DNA of 32,000 nucleotides from Planctopirus limnophila DSM 3776 (GCF_000092105.1 NC_014148.1:4350001-4382000), one strand, 5' to 3'. Numbered from the stretch's first letter, positions 9,604-19,105 are shown. Numbers and translations are program-made. Notes: generated by a model from the letters alone, not told the origin.

Positions 9604-10671
9604 TCACGACTGAGAGTCATCGAGTTCCGATTGTCGATAAGACTGCAATTCGGTTGTGAGCTGTGCTAATCCCTGACGAAGGTACGGCAACAATTCTGCG
9701 GCTTCCTCGATATGGCCGTTCTGAGCAGCGAGTTCGATCTGTCGGGCCAGATCCAGAATCTCTGGCGGGCTGAATGTGGCCGCAAGTCCTCGCAAACTAT
9801 GAGCTTTCCGTTGCATATCAGCAGCGTTTTGCCGTTCATTTGCTGATGTGAGATCCTGCAGCATAGGTGGCACAGATTCGATAAAGAAACCCGCCAGCAT
9901 CATGAGCAGATTGCGGTCGACTCCCAGATTCCTCATCACACGTTCCGCATCGAAGAGCGGCTGACTGGTCGTTAAGGTCTCAGACTGAGACTGCCGATCC
10001 GACATTTCATACGAGAAGCGAGGTGTGAATTCCTGCAATTCTCGACAATGCGACTCGGAATTCTCCGACCAATCTTCGCGCGATCGATTTTGCAAAGGCC
10101 TTGATTCCTGTGGCCTTTGGTTCATCGTTTGCTGCCGGAGTGAGTCATGATTGTTGTCGAAAAAGGACTTCTTTTTGACTAAGCGAGTTGGATCTGCGGG
10201 TTCTTTGCTGGAGTGATTTCGGCCGCCTAAAGATTCTGCGAATGCTTTCGCCTGAGGAATATAATCCGGGTGCAGTAATCTCCACTGTTCCCGCTGACGT
10301 GATCGAACTGCGATTTGTTCAACACTCTGGAGGAGCACTTCGGCTGTCAGTGGCTTCAACAAGAGATCATCCATACCGGCATCAATACAGGAGACAGCCA
10401 GAGTTGGTTCGCTGTGCGCCGAGATCGCCACGATGGGAACCGATGCTCGCGTCTCATCGGGCATGAGTCGAATCGCGATGGCGGCCTGAAAGCCATTCAT
10501 GACGGGCATCTGCAGATCCATGATAACGACGTCAAATGGCTTTCTGCGAATTTTGGCAATTGCCTCAATGCCATTCCCTGCAAGTTCGACACGATCTCCA
10601 TTCCGCACAAAGACTTCCCCCAGAAATCTTTGCATGGCGGGCGTGTCTTCGACCACCAGCACAGTACGCAT
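9604..10671 (-). CDS. Response regulator receiver domain fused to a C-terminal Hpt (histidine phosphotransfer) domain
   Basis: 355-aa ORF. The N-terminal REC domain reads MRTVLVVEDTPAM...FDVVIMDLQMPVMNG...LLLKPL. A ~120-aa Q/S/R-rich linker follows. The C-terminus, ...QRKAHSLRGLAATFSPPEILDLARQIE..., has the Hpt-type H-x-L-[KR]-G motif. Confidence 0.8.
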   Translation of the reverse strand: MRTVLVVEDTPAMQRFLGEVFVRNGDRVELAGNGIEAIAKIRRKPFDVVIMDLQMPVMNGFQAAIAIRLMPDETRASVPIVAISAHSEPTLAVSCIDAGMDDLLLKPLTAEVLLQSVEQIAVRSRQREQWRLLHPDYIPQAKAFAESLGGRNHSSKEPADPTRLVKKKSFFDNNHDSLRQQTMNQRPQESRPLQNRSREDWSENSESHCRELQEFTPRFSYEMSDRQSQSETLTTSQPLFDAERVMRNLGVDRNLLMMLAGFFIESVPPMLQDLTSANERQNAADMQRKAHSLRGLAATFSPPEILDLARQIELAAQNGHIEEAAELLPYLRQGLAQLTTELQSYRQSELDDSQS

Positions 10672-11134
10672 AATGGCACCTCAACATCAGATCCTTGAAT
10701 TCACGAGCCAGTGAAATTTCGACTCCACGAATCCTGCATAAATCTGAACTGAATGAGTTCGCGAATCGCGCGCCATTGCGTTGCAAATCAGTCAGTGAGG
10801 ACCAAATCCACCAGAAAGTGCTGCCGCTGGATCCCAGGAAAAATCTCCAAAAACTGCATAGGTAAGAAGTTACGCGACAACAGACAGGCAGAGTCAGCTC
10901 TGCAAAAGAAACGCTGCGCTCCATGAGCCCATCGTTCCGAGCTGGTTGCTTAGAATTCAGTACGACCTCGCGACAGCCAGCCACATCTCATGCAGCTTTG
11001 CAACAGCGTGCCTTGCGGTCCGGCTCTGTGCCCTGCGGTACGTTCCAGTGCCATGCTTCGCGGCTTTGAGCGAGCATGTCCATGCACACGCATCCTTGTG
11101 TCGTCGTCACCCCGACAAAAGTGATTGCGACGGG

Positions 11135-11308
11135 GTGGCTGGGGTCAAACGTCCTCGTTTGCCCCCAGGTCATGGAACTTTGATTACTCATGGCGAACAT
11201 GTGGAAAGTCAGTAAGGCATGTTTTGGATGCATTTTCGCTGGTGAATTCGATTGACGAGGGGGCGGATGAAGACATCCGACCCCTGCCACCCGGGTAAAG
11301 ACCAAGCC
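11135..11308. repeat. Copy A of a ~170-bp interspersed element (two inverted REP-like palindromes flanking a variable centre)
   Basis: Aligns in the same orientation with 29250-29421. The left hairpin is 11139-11168 (ctggggtcaaacg tcct cgtttgcccccag). The right hairpin is 11258-11285 (agggggcggatg aaga catccgacccct). Both are 12-13-bp stems with one internal mismatch. Intergenic, and no reading frame is conserved between the copies. Confidence 0.85.
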
Positions 11309-11506
11309 ATGCCACATGGTTTTGATTTTTCAGGGGCTCCAGAGTCGTGCCAACCAAGACAAAGTCGACAGTGGTGGCAGGGCAAGCGCCATGCGCGTAC
11401 TTTTGCTATGCGACAACACTGCGCTCGATGATTGGCGGCAGAGTCATCATCCAGCCGTGACAAAAAGCCCGGAAGCGATGGATTGCCTGAGTTCGCTAGT
11501 TGAAGT

Positions 11507-14500
11507 TTATGGGGCTTCGATGGGGTAGTGATGTGGCAGTGTCTGCCAGTTGACACCGACATCAGTGCCATCGGTCGCAGCATTGAGCAGCGGGTTGGAA
11601 TCACTGGTGGCGTCGAGTTCCACATCTTCAGGGATGAGCGTATCGAAGGGTTTGAGCATCCAGCGTCCGCGCCATTCAATGGCCAGGTTCTGTGAGGATG
11701 AGAGTTCTCCACCGACACTCCAGAATTGCTTCCATTTATCGAATTTCATTTTGTAGGCCGCGTTGGAAGTCTGCCAGATCGGCTCGATGGCATCATAGAA
11801 ATTTCGTTCACCCGACCAGGACAGGAACCTGCGGAGATCGGTTTCACCAGCCATTCCCTGCTGCAGAATCAGTGGCTTTCCATGCCCGACCGCCAGAATC
11901 GAATTGCGCAGCGTGACTGCCAGTGGAGTCAGGCTCACAGAGAAATCATCTCCACTCCCCAGCTTCAGGAAGTGTTGTCGGGTCAAGACGGTCACGTGGT
12001 TGAAATTGATTTCCACGCGGTCCACTTCCGCCATGACATCCATAAGACCCATCGAGCGAAAAATATCATCATCGACAGCAATCACCGAATTCTCGACGAC
12101 GTACCGGGCGGGGGCAGGATCATCGAGAGTGCAGAACCTTGAAGTGCCACGAATCAGGCAGCTGGACAATGTGGTTTCGGGAGTACTGGCTGCTCCGGGA
12201 CCAGTCTTCATCCCTGCAATCATCGTAGGAGCCTGCCCGGCGGGTGCCGATTGCCTCAATACAGTGGCAGCCGATTGACGAGGATTGCGGACTGTGATCC
12301 GGACATTCTGCAATGAGAGTTTGTCGATTCGCTGCGTACTGAATAGAGACCACAAATCGGCCGTGACCGTTTCCGGGAGATCCCATTCCAAATCGACATT
12401 GATAACCGCCAGAGCCCCGCCCGTCATGGTGATCATGCTGGGTTGGAGACTGTCTTGAGGAGCAAATCGGACTGTGGGGCGGAACCCTTTCGCTGCCCGA
12501 ATGGTGAGTGATTTTCCCGAAAGTCGGATCGGTTTCTCGGAAGGGAGCAGACGCCCCTGATACCGCAATTCGATGACATCGCCTGATCTGGCAGAGACAC
12601 AGGCTGCTTCCAGACTGTCAAAACTTTTGCCATCGACAATCCGCACTGGTGCCGCCACGAGACTGGAGGCCGCTGTCGAGCGATCGATCAGAGATCGTTC
12701 CGCCAGACTTTGATCAGGGCCAGCACGCTCTGGGCCAGCACGCTCTGGGCCAATGCGCTCTGGGCCAATGCGCTCTGGGCCAGTGCGATCTGGGCTGCCA
12801 TTCAGATCCGTCGCCGCAGAACTACCCATTAAGGGTGCAGTGCTGGAAGAACCCGTTGTCGCAGCAACTGACTTCCCCGAATTCGTGCTTTCCGACAGCC
12901 CATTGAGAGAGCGAGGAAGTGAACTCTCGGGGAGACCGGTTCGATTTTCTGTCTGTGATCTCGACTGGCCGGTTCCTGCACTGGGTAGTGCTACGCTGGG
13001 AAGTGATCCCCCTGAATTGGCTGGACCTGCGCTGGAGGAAGGCTTGGTCGAAAAGATGTTCTCCAGCCAACTGGAAGTGCCGAATGAATCATCGAATGGG
13101 ATCAGCAGTGGCGAAATCGGGTTCACACGACTTGATGAATTGCCACTGGAATTCTGCGAGATGGCAGCCTCAGGATTATTCGTCGAGTCAGTGGAAGTGA
13201 TCCCCTCTGAGTTTGATCGCTGCGACGTGATCGGGAAACGTACGGCTCCAGATGTGATCTCGGCGGGAAAACGAATTTGATCAGCCGGGAGTTGAGGAGC
13301 AAGACCAGTGCTTGCTCCACCCTGCCCTGTCAGATCAACAGGTGCCGGAACTGGCGGGCGCTCCTGGCCAGAAACCGGGTTGCTCGCCCCGAGATTGCTG
13401 TCTTGCGAGAAAGTATTGCTACGGGAACTGAGCCCCTCAGCGATTTGTGATTGAGCACGAGCGAGAGGCGCAGTACCACCCGTCGGGGTGTTTGCCAGCA
13501 GAGGACTTCGCGTGTCTGGAAGGGGACGTCGCTCCAGCGGGTTGAGAGGGGTTGCTCCCACCTGAACAGGAGTTAAAGAATCGCTCTGGCCATCGGACTG
13601 CCAGGTGTTGTTACGAGCATCTTTCTTCACGGGGAAGAGCTGTGGAAAGCGATCCAGGAGTACAACGACCATCACCAGCAGGGCGACCGTGGCCAGCCAG
13701 CCGATGTTTTGTCGAATTCCATCCTGCAGACGATTGCGCGGCGGCGCCATGACCACCGATCCCGAAGTGGGAATACCCATCTGCCGAGCGAGGATTGTCA
13801 AATCGCCCAGCAGTTCTTCGGCTGAGGAATAGCGCTTGCGTCGGTCACTGGCCATCATCTTCCGGACCAGCATCGAGAGTGCCGGTGAGACGAGGCGGTT
13901 CTTGACGGCAGGATCAGGAGATTCCCGGCCCTGATGATCCAGCAGCTTCTGCAGCACGGTCCCCTCAGGATAGGGTGGCTCACCCGTGAGCATATGATAG
14001 AGCGTGCACCCCAGTGAATAGATATCACTGCGGACATCGACAGTGCGGGGGTCTTTGGCCTGCTCCGGTGAGATGTAATCAAACGTGCCCAGTGTGGTTC
14101 CCGCGACCGTGAGTTCTACCGATTCCTCACTGAGCTGGCAGCGGGCCAACCCCAGGTCAACCAGTTTGACCCGACCATTGCGACTGATCAGGATGTTTGA
14201 GGGTTTGATATCGCGATGCACGACATTCATGGCCGAAAGATGAACCAGCGCTTCGGCCAGTTGAATCGTGTAGTAGACGGCCTCTTCAGGATCGATGCGG
14301 CCTGTCTGCCGGATACGATCTCGCAGATTTCTACCTTCGACATACTCGTAAGCAATGTAATGCAGACCACGATCTTCACCACTCGAGAAGACACGGGCCA
14401 CATTGGGATGATCGAGTGAGGCAGCAGCGCGTGCTTCATTCTGAAAGCGGGCGACGCTCGACTCATCGCGCGATTGTCCAGGAGATAGAATCTTCAGGGC

Positions 14501-15058
14501 TACCTGACGCCGCAGAACTTCGTCTTCTGCCAGAAACACCGAACCCATCCCGCCGACACCCAGCCTCGAGATGAGTTGGAAGTGAGCCAGTGACATCTCT
14601 TCGAAGGGCTGCTGATCAGCACCGGCGTTGTTCTCTGCCAAGTTGGGGAAGAGCCGCTTGAGCAGATAGGAATCCGCATTGACAGTGCGAGTTCCCGAGA
14701 GCTCGCCCGGCTCGTCCTGCAAACCGTTTTCAACAGGCTCCCCGTCCGCTGATCTCCCACCGGCTGATCGGGGATCAGAAGCTCTGGAACCAGAACGGGA
14801 AGTCACAGCAGAACTTTTTGAGTGGCTCCGGGAGAGTTGTTCGGGCTGAGGAAGCCGCACGACAGTTTCAGGTTCGGCTGGGGCCATGTCATGCTGCCAG
14901 GGGAACTGACCTGGGAACTGCCCGGCCTGAGGATCAACACCAGATTCGGCATGAGGATCACTTGAGCCCGGTGGAGCGGAAGTGGGTGAAAATCCAGATG
15001 CAGCTTCGCCTGCCCGGTGAGGGAAGGCGAGTTGCGATTTGGAGCCACGATCCGCCAT
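11507..15058 (-). CDS. Membrane-anchored Ser/Thr protein kinase (Hanks type) with a long low-complexity linker and a large C-terminal extracytoplasmic domain
   Basis: 1183-aa ORF. Kinase motifs are GVGGMGSVFLA...VALKIL, HRDIKPSNILI, DLGLA and GTFDYISPEQ. There is a single TM segment (IGWLATVALLVMVVVLLD), then ~330 aa rich in S/P/G/T including GPER[IA] pentapeptide repeats. A ~390-aa C-terminal domain of unknown type follows. Confidence 0.85.
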   Translation of the reverse strand: MADRGSKSQLAFPHRAGEAASGFSPTSAPPGSSDPHAESGVDPQAGQFPGQFPWQHDMAPAEPETVVRLPQPEQLSRSHSKSSAVTSRSGSRASDPRSAGGRSADGEPVENGLQDEPGELSGTRTVNADSYLLKRLFPNLAENNAGADQQPFEEMSLAHFQLISRLGVGGMGSVFLAEDEVLRRQVALKILSPGQSRDESSVARFQNEARAAASLDHPNVARVFSSGEDRGLHYIAYEYVEGRNLRDRIRQTGRIDPEEAVYYTIQLAEALVHLSAMNVVHRDIKPSNILISRNGRVKLVDLGLARCQLSEESVELTVAGTTLGTFDYISPEQAKDPRTVDVRSDIYSLGCTLYHMLTGEPPYPEGTVLQKLLDHQGRESPDPAVKNRLVSPALSMLVRKMMASDRRKRYSSAEELLGDLTILARQMGIPTSGSVVMAPPRNRLQDGIRQNIGWLATVALLVMVVVLLDRFPQLFPVKKDARNNTWQSDGQSDSLTPVQVGATPLNPLERRPLPDTRSPLLANTPTGGTAPLARAQSQIAEGLSSRSNTFSQDSNLGASNPVSGQERPPVPAPVDLTGQGGASTGLAPQLPADQIRFPAEITSGAVRFPITSQRSNSEGITSTDSTNNPEAAISQNSSGNSSSRVNPISPLLIPFDDSFGTSSWLENIFSTKPSSSAGPANSGGSLPSVALPSAGTGQSRSQTENRTGLPESSLPRSLNGLSESTNSGKSVAATTGSSSTAPLMGSSAATDLNGSPDRTGPERIGPERIGPERAGPERAGPDQSLAERSLIDRSTAASSLVAAPVRIVDGKSFDSLEAACVSARSGDVIELRYQGRLLPSEKPIRLSGKSLTIRAAKGFRPTVRFAPQDSLQPSMITMTGGALAVINVDLEWDLPETVTADLWSLFSTQRIDKLSLQNVRITVRNPRQSAATVLRQSAPAGQAPTMIAGMKTGPGAASTPETTLSSCLIRGTSRFCTLDDPAPARYVVENSVIAVDDDIFRSMGLMDVMAEVDRVEINFNHVTVLTRQHFLKLGSGDDFSVSLTPLAVTLRNSILAVGHGKPLILQQGMAGETDLRRFLSWSGERNFYDAIEPIWQTSNAAYKMKFDKWKQFWSVGGELSSSQNLAIEWRGRWMLKPFDTLIPEDVELDATSDSNPLLNAATDGTDVGVNWQTLPHHYPIEAP
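12717..12791. repeat. 15-bp in-frame tandem repeat x5 inside the kinase gene, encoding (GPER[IA])n
   Basis: The units are gggccagcacgctct x2, gggccaatgcgctct x2 and gggccagtgcgatct x1, read directly from the sequence. On the coding strand they give PDRTGPERIGPERIGPERAGPERAGPDQS. Confidence 0.9.
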
Positions 15059-15629
15059 GCGAGAACCTGTTGCCTTTCGTCGATTAGAACTGTTTCGCCC
15101 GTTCGGAAGATTGTAGTTGACTCTGCATGATGAAGAACCCCCTCAGAGCAGAGGAAGCTCTCCTGAATTCTGATTCTTAACGACAAATGGACGCGAAAGA
15201 CCCGCAGAAAGTTCTCTTCAACGGGTGAAATTCCCAAGAGTGGTGATTTGGAACGATCGACTCGTTACTGCATGTTGATTTGTCGAACTGATTTTGTGAG
15301 CAAAGTTGCTTTGAAAGGGACGGACATCAGCGGGAAATACTCGTCGATGGGCGATTGCCAGACAGCCGACAAAAGGACAATACAATTATAGGCTGCAATC
15401 TTTGCGCCAAACAAAGACTTAGTGCTTCAGAAGATGAAATCACTGCGGAATCATCGATTTCTGCCCGAGGTGGCAGCCTTAAAAATGGCAAAATTTGCAA
15501 AATCGAACATCCGGCAGGGTAATGACCTTCTCGCCGATCAGATTGTGCAGCGACGGTTGCGTACGGTGACAGCAAATCGAGCCGGGGAAAGCACAGAGAC
15601 CACAAATTCAGAGAATCCACAGCCGCTGG

Positions 15630-15959
15630 TCAGGCCGACTGGTCACTTTCCAGAAGCGTATGAAGATCTTCTGCAATCAGAACGAGCCCATGCTCCAGCG
15701 TGGCATAGAGTTCACCGCTGTAGCGCTCGCTGGCCAGTACCTGCTGAATCTGATGACGAATCGAGATATCAGGGATGCCGCCCAGATCAGATTCCTGAGG
15801 CTTGCAGAGTTTTCGCAGTTCGTGAACTTTGGGAGAAAAGCCCTGTTTGAGATGCTCTTCAAAGTCGCGTGAAAGGCGCTCGGCCTCGCGAAGTTTTTCC
15901 CGCAGAGTCATCTCCTCCAATCGAAGAGTGCTGGATCGTGGAACGTTCATCGGCATCAC
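15630..15959 (-). CDS. Hypothetical small protein (109 aa), charged and helical-looking
   Basis: The ORF sits upstream of the kinase on the same strand. I recognise no family motif. The coding call rests only on length, position and the lack of a better competing frame. Confidence 0.4.
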   Translation of the reverse strand: MMPMNVPRSSTLRLEEMTLREKLREAERLSRDFEEHLKQGFSPKVHELRKLCKPQESDLGGIPDISIRHQIQQVLASERYSGELYATLEHGLVLIAEDLHTLLESDQSA

Positions 15960-16085
15960 TCCCGCTGCTCACATCCGGCTGGTTCTCAGCACCGCAAAGA
16001 TCTATCCCGCAGCCTGGGTGTTTCAATCATCTGCAAACTTCTGTAAAAATTAGATCACTCTGTATGCAGAATTGCTAATTTATTT

Positions 16086-16835
16086 TTGGCGACTTCATCA
16101 AATCCTCGTCGAGTCCTATGGCCCATTGACATGAGAATCCTTCTGATCGCGGATATTCATGCCAACTTTGTGGCCCTTTCCGCCATTCAGGAATCGTTCG
16201 ACGCCTGCCTGTTTCTCGGAGATGCCGTCGAATACGGCACAGATTCAGCCCCTTGCCTCGATTGGATCAGAGGGCATGCAACAGCCGTCGTACGGGGCAA
16301 TCACGATCATTCAACGGCCCAGAGAGTGCAATCACAAGGGGCCTCTCCTTTACGAAGGCTGGCAGCCGCCACACGAGCGATCAACGAACGTGTGCTCACC
16401 GCTTCACACCGCAAGTTTCTCTCGCAGATGCCACTGACGAGAAGTCTCGAACTCGACGGCCAGAAGTTTTTCCTCGTGCACGCGACTCCACGCGACCCCA
16501 TGGATGAGTACCTGCCCGAGGATGCTCATGCCTGGCAACAGCGGCTCTCCTTTATCGAAGCCGACTTTGTGTGCGTAGGCCACACCCACAAGCCGATGCA
16601 GCTGGATCTCGGCCAGACACAAGTGATCAACCCCGGCAGTGTGGGCCAGCCGCGCAATGGAGTTCCTGAGGCACATTACGCCATTATCGAGCAGGGAAAA
16701 GTCTCCTTCCGGACAGTCCCCTACGATATCAGCCGGGCCGTGGAGCAGATGCGAGAAGCAGGGCTGGAAGAATCGCTGATTGAGCTTTCGGAGCATTTGT
16801 TGAGAACTGGCGGATCACTTCCCGCGAGTGTGTGA
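16086..16835 (+). CDS. Calcineurin-like metallophosphoesterase (YfcE/MJ0936-like)
   Basis: The motif series is MRILLIADIHAN, GDAVEYG, GNHD, HATP and VGHTH...GS. The likely true start is the ATG at 16131 (MRILLIADIH); the track start at 16086 is a TTG. Confidence 0.8.
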   Translation: MATSSNPRRVLWPIDMRILLIADIHANFVALSAIQESFDACLFLGDAVEYGTDSAPCLDWIRGHATAVVRGNHDHSTAQRVQSQGASPLRRLAAATRAINERVLTASHRKFLSQMPLTRSLELDGQKFFLVHATPRDPMDEYLPEDAHAWQQRLSFIEADFVCVGHTHKPMQLDLGQTQVINPGSVGQPRNGVPEAHYAIIEQGKVSFRTVPYDISRAVEQMREAGLEESLIELSEHLLRTGGSLPASV

Positions 16836-17007
16836 TCTTCTTTGATGAAACTCCCGCGAACTTCTGATGGAGTTTTACTTTTCTCACTGGAAATTCACGC
16901 CTGGAGAAAATCCCCTGTTGCTGAATTGACGATTCTAGTCATACTGAAGAAAGCAGGCCGGATGGCCCGGCCGAAATGATGCGGCTCGACACACACAGGG
17001 GTAGTGC

Positions 17008-18348
17008 ATGCGACTGGAGCACAGTTCGACGCAAGGCAAGCTCTTCGTTCTCGACACCAACGTCATCCTTCACGATGCGGGGTGTTTATTTAACTTCGAA
17101 GAGAATGACATCGCCATACCGATCACTGTGCTGGAGGAACTCGATCGATTCAAAAAAGGTAACGACGACATCAACTTTCAGGCCCGTGCGTTCCTCCGAC
17201 GATTGGACGAACTCGCGGGCGATGTTCTTTCTGCAGATGGCGCAGCCTTAGGCGATGGCTTAGGCCGCATTCGTGTGGTGCTGCGTGGCCACTTTACCGC
17301 CCGCATGCGGGAAACTTTTCTCTCCGACGGCCCCGATCATCGCATTCTCGATGCCGCACTGACTCTGCAGGAAACGTCAGCTCCCCAGCCCGTTATCCTG
17401 GTTTCAAAAGACACCAACCTGCGGATGAAGGCCAAATCCCTCGGGCTGCCCGCCGAAGATTATTCGACCGATAAGGTCGAAAGCTTCGACAAGCTCTACA
17501 CCGGAAAGCGGCTCGTCACGAACATGCCTTGCGAAAGTGTTTCCGCCTTCTATGCCGAAGGTGGCCGCGTGTCAGCAGAAAGCCTGCCGGAAGTAACCAC
17601 ACCTCGCGCTAACGAGAACTTCATTCTGCGGAATGGTTCGCGCTCGGTCTTGGCCATGTACAACGCAGAAGAAAATGCATTCCACCGTGTGGAACGAACC
17701 ACCGCACTGGGCGTGGTGCCTCGCAATGCCGAGCAGCACTTCGCCTTGCGGGCACTTCTGGATGATGACATCAAGCTGGTGACGATTGCCGGCAAAGCCG
17801 GTTCGGGGAAAACGTTACTCGCCCTCGCAGCGGCTCTCGAATGCCGGAGCAACTACCGCCAGATTCTGCTCGCCCGGCCTGTCGTGCCACTTTCGAATAA
17901 AGACCTGGGCTATTTGCCGGGGGATGTGCATGCCAAGCTCGACCCTTACATGCAGCCACTCTTTGATAACCTTTCGGTCATCAAGCATCAGAACCATGAA
18001 GGCGATACGGCGAAACTCGTCCAGCAGATGCAGGAAGATCATCGGCTCGAAATTACGCCACTAGCGTATATCCGCGGCCGCAGTTTGCAGCGGGTCTTCT
18101 TCATTGTCGATGAAGCGCAGAACCTGACACCGCACGAAGTGAAGACCATTATCACGCGGGCAGGCGAAGGAACAAAGATCGTCCTGACGGGCGATATCCA
18201 CCAGATCGACCATCCCTACCTCGATTCGCTCTCGAACGGGCTGTCGTACCTCATCAACCGCATGGTCGGCCAGAAGCTCTACGCCCACGTGACGCTCGAA
18301 AAAGGCGAACGCTCCCAACTCGCCGAACTCGCCACCGATTTGCTTTAG
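17008..18348 (+). CDS. PIN-domain / PhoH-like ATPase fusion (YlaK-type)
   Basis: 446-aa ORF with an N-terminal PIN-like block ([13 protein letters not shown]...ITVLEELD) and a Walker A motif ([18 protein letters not shown]). The PhoH blocks are ...LPGD...[11 protein letters not shown]..., ...PLAYIRGRS... and [14 protein letters not shown] (Walker B). Confidence 0.85.
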   Translation: MRLEHSSTQGKLFVLDTNVILHDAGCLFNFEENDIAIPITVLEELDRFKKGNDDINFQARAFLRRLDELAGDVLSADGAALGDGLGRIRVVLRGHFTARMRETFLSDGPDHRILDAALTLQETSAPQPVILVSKDTNLRMKAKSLGLPAEDYSTDKVESFDKLYTGKRLVTNMPCESVSAFYAEGGRVSAESLPEVTTPRANENFILRNGSRSVLAMYNAEENAFHRVERTTALGVVPRNAEQHFALRALLDDDIKLVTIAGKAGSGKTLLALAAALECRSNYRQILLARPVVPLSNKDLGYLPGDVHAKLDPYMQPLFDNLSVIKHQNHEGDTAKLVQQMQEDHRLEITPLAYIRGRSLQRVFFIVDEAQNLTPHEVKTIITRAGEGTKIVLTGDIHQIDHPYLDSLSNGLSYLINRMVGQKLYAHVTLEKGERSQLAELATDLL

Positions 18349-18422
18349 CGGTGACCAAAAAGGCAATCAGTATTTCCTTCGGACCTCCAGCTAAACAGCA
18401 ATCATCCCGCACATAACGGCAA

Positions 18423-18462
18423 CAGATCTTGGCGGCACCTGTAGCTCTGCCGCTAAGATCTG
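18423..18462. other. Strong inverted repeat (15-bp stem, 1 mismatch, 10-nt loop) downstream of the PIN-PhoH gene
   Basis: The sequence is cagatcttggcggca cctgtagctc tgccgctaagatctg. There is no U-tract on either strand, so it is not a canonical intrinsic terminator. It could be a terminator variant or a protein-binding palindrome. Confidence 0.3.
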
Positions 18463-18501
18463 CTCATCAACGCACATCTTGACCAGCGGTAATTTCTAAA
18501 C

Positions 18502-18918
18502 ATGGAAGTTCGTTTTAGCAAAACGTATATAGAACGACTATTCCATAGCGGCGATGTGCATGAACTTTGCTCAATAATCGACACCATTAGCAAATTGCGT
18601 GCACTTCCCGAAAGGCTTTGGCTGGCACAACGCCTTTACGCATGGTGTTGTTGGAGCGAATACGGGATATCCCAGTACTACGAGGCACTTTCACAGGAGG
18701 ATTATATCAACATATTGGAGGCACTAACGAGATATGGCCTGGATGAATTGGCTGACAGATACCGTTCCGGAATGGAAATAGAAACAGGAACAAGCGACAA
18801 ACTGCATCGCGATCTTAACAATTGGCTCGAAGACCACGACAACGAAATCACTGCTATTTGCCTTGATTTAATCTCAGGTGATATACATTCGCTTGGCAGT
18901 GAGTGTGGTAACATTTGA
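18502..18918 (+). CDS. Hypothetical small acidic helical protein (138 aa), possibly DMP19/DUF4375-like
   Basis: The ORF is visibly AT-richer than its neighbours. My hand counts are 40%, 54% and 42% GC for 18501-18600, 18601-18700 and 18701-18800. The segment ...WSEYGISQYYEALSQEDYINILEALTRYGLDELA... loosely recalls the GGFxQ[YF]F ... AL..iG pattern of DUF4375. This is unverified. Confidence 0.5.
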   Translation: MEVRFSKTYIERLFHSGDVHELCSIIDTISKLRALPERLWLAQRLYAWCCWSEYGISQYYEALSQEDYINILEALTRYGLDELADRYRSGMEIETGTSDKLHRDLNNWLEDHDNEITAICLDLISGDIHSLGSECGNI

Positions 18919-19062
18919 ACTTGAAGTGCTTCCATCCCAGCACCATCCATGCGTCCAAGTTATTCCTTCTGACGACGATGTTTGAGCCTACGCAAGGAGT
19001 ACATCCGTCGATATTCAGGTACCGAAATATTGCCCCAAACGCTGGGCACCTGCATTCCCACC

Positions 19063-19105
19063 CTCGCCCAATCGTCTGAGAGGGCTTGGGTGAGGGCGAG
19101 TTTTT
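19063..19105 (+). terminator. Candidate intrinsic terminator for the 18502..18918 gene
   Basis: The ctcgccc (19063-19069) / gggcgag (19094-19100) stem encloses an inner ctcgcccaa/ttgggtgag alternative pairing. TTTTT (19101-19105) follows immediately. Confidence 0.35.

Noticed and set aside
10946-11718. ORFs in the long gap (10946..11215 +, 10988..11317 -, 11209..11718 -)
   Set aside because: They run through the interspersed repeat or overlap the kinase 3' end. Their repeat-derived parts are not frame-conserved in copy B, and they have no motifs.
12717-12791. Tandem repeats here, and at 2665-2712 and 31110-31143, considered as possible CRISPR arrays
   Set aside because: The units are contiguous with no spacers, only 15-17 bp long and present in 2-5 copies. 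One set is in-frame coding sequence. No cas genes are present.
15630-15959. The 109-aa protein considered as an anti-sigma-28 factor FlgM
   Set aside because: Only a vague C-terminal helical resemblance was seen. The G-x-Y-x-V-D type segment I remember for FlgM is absent, and no flagellar genes are nearby.
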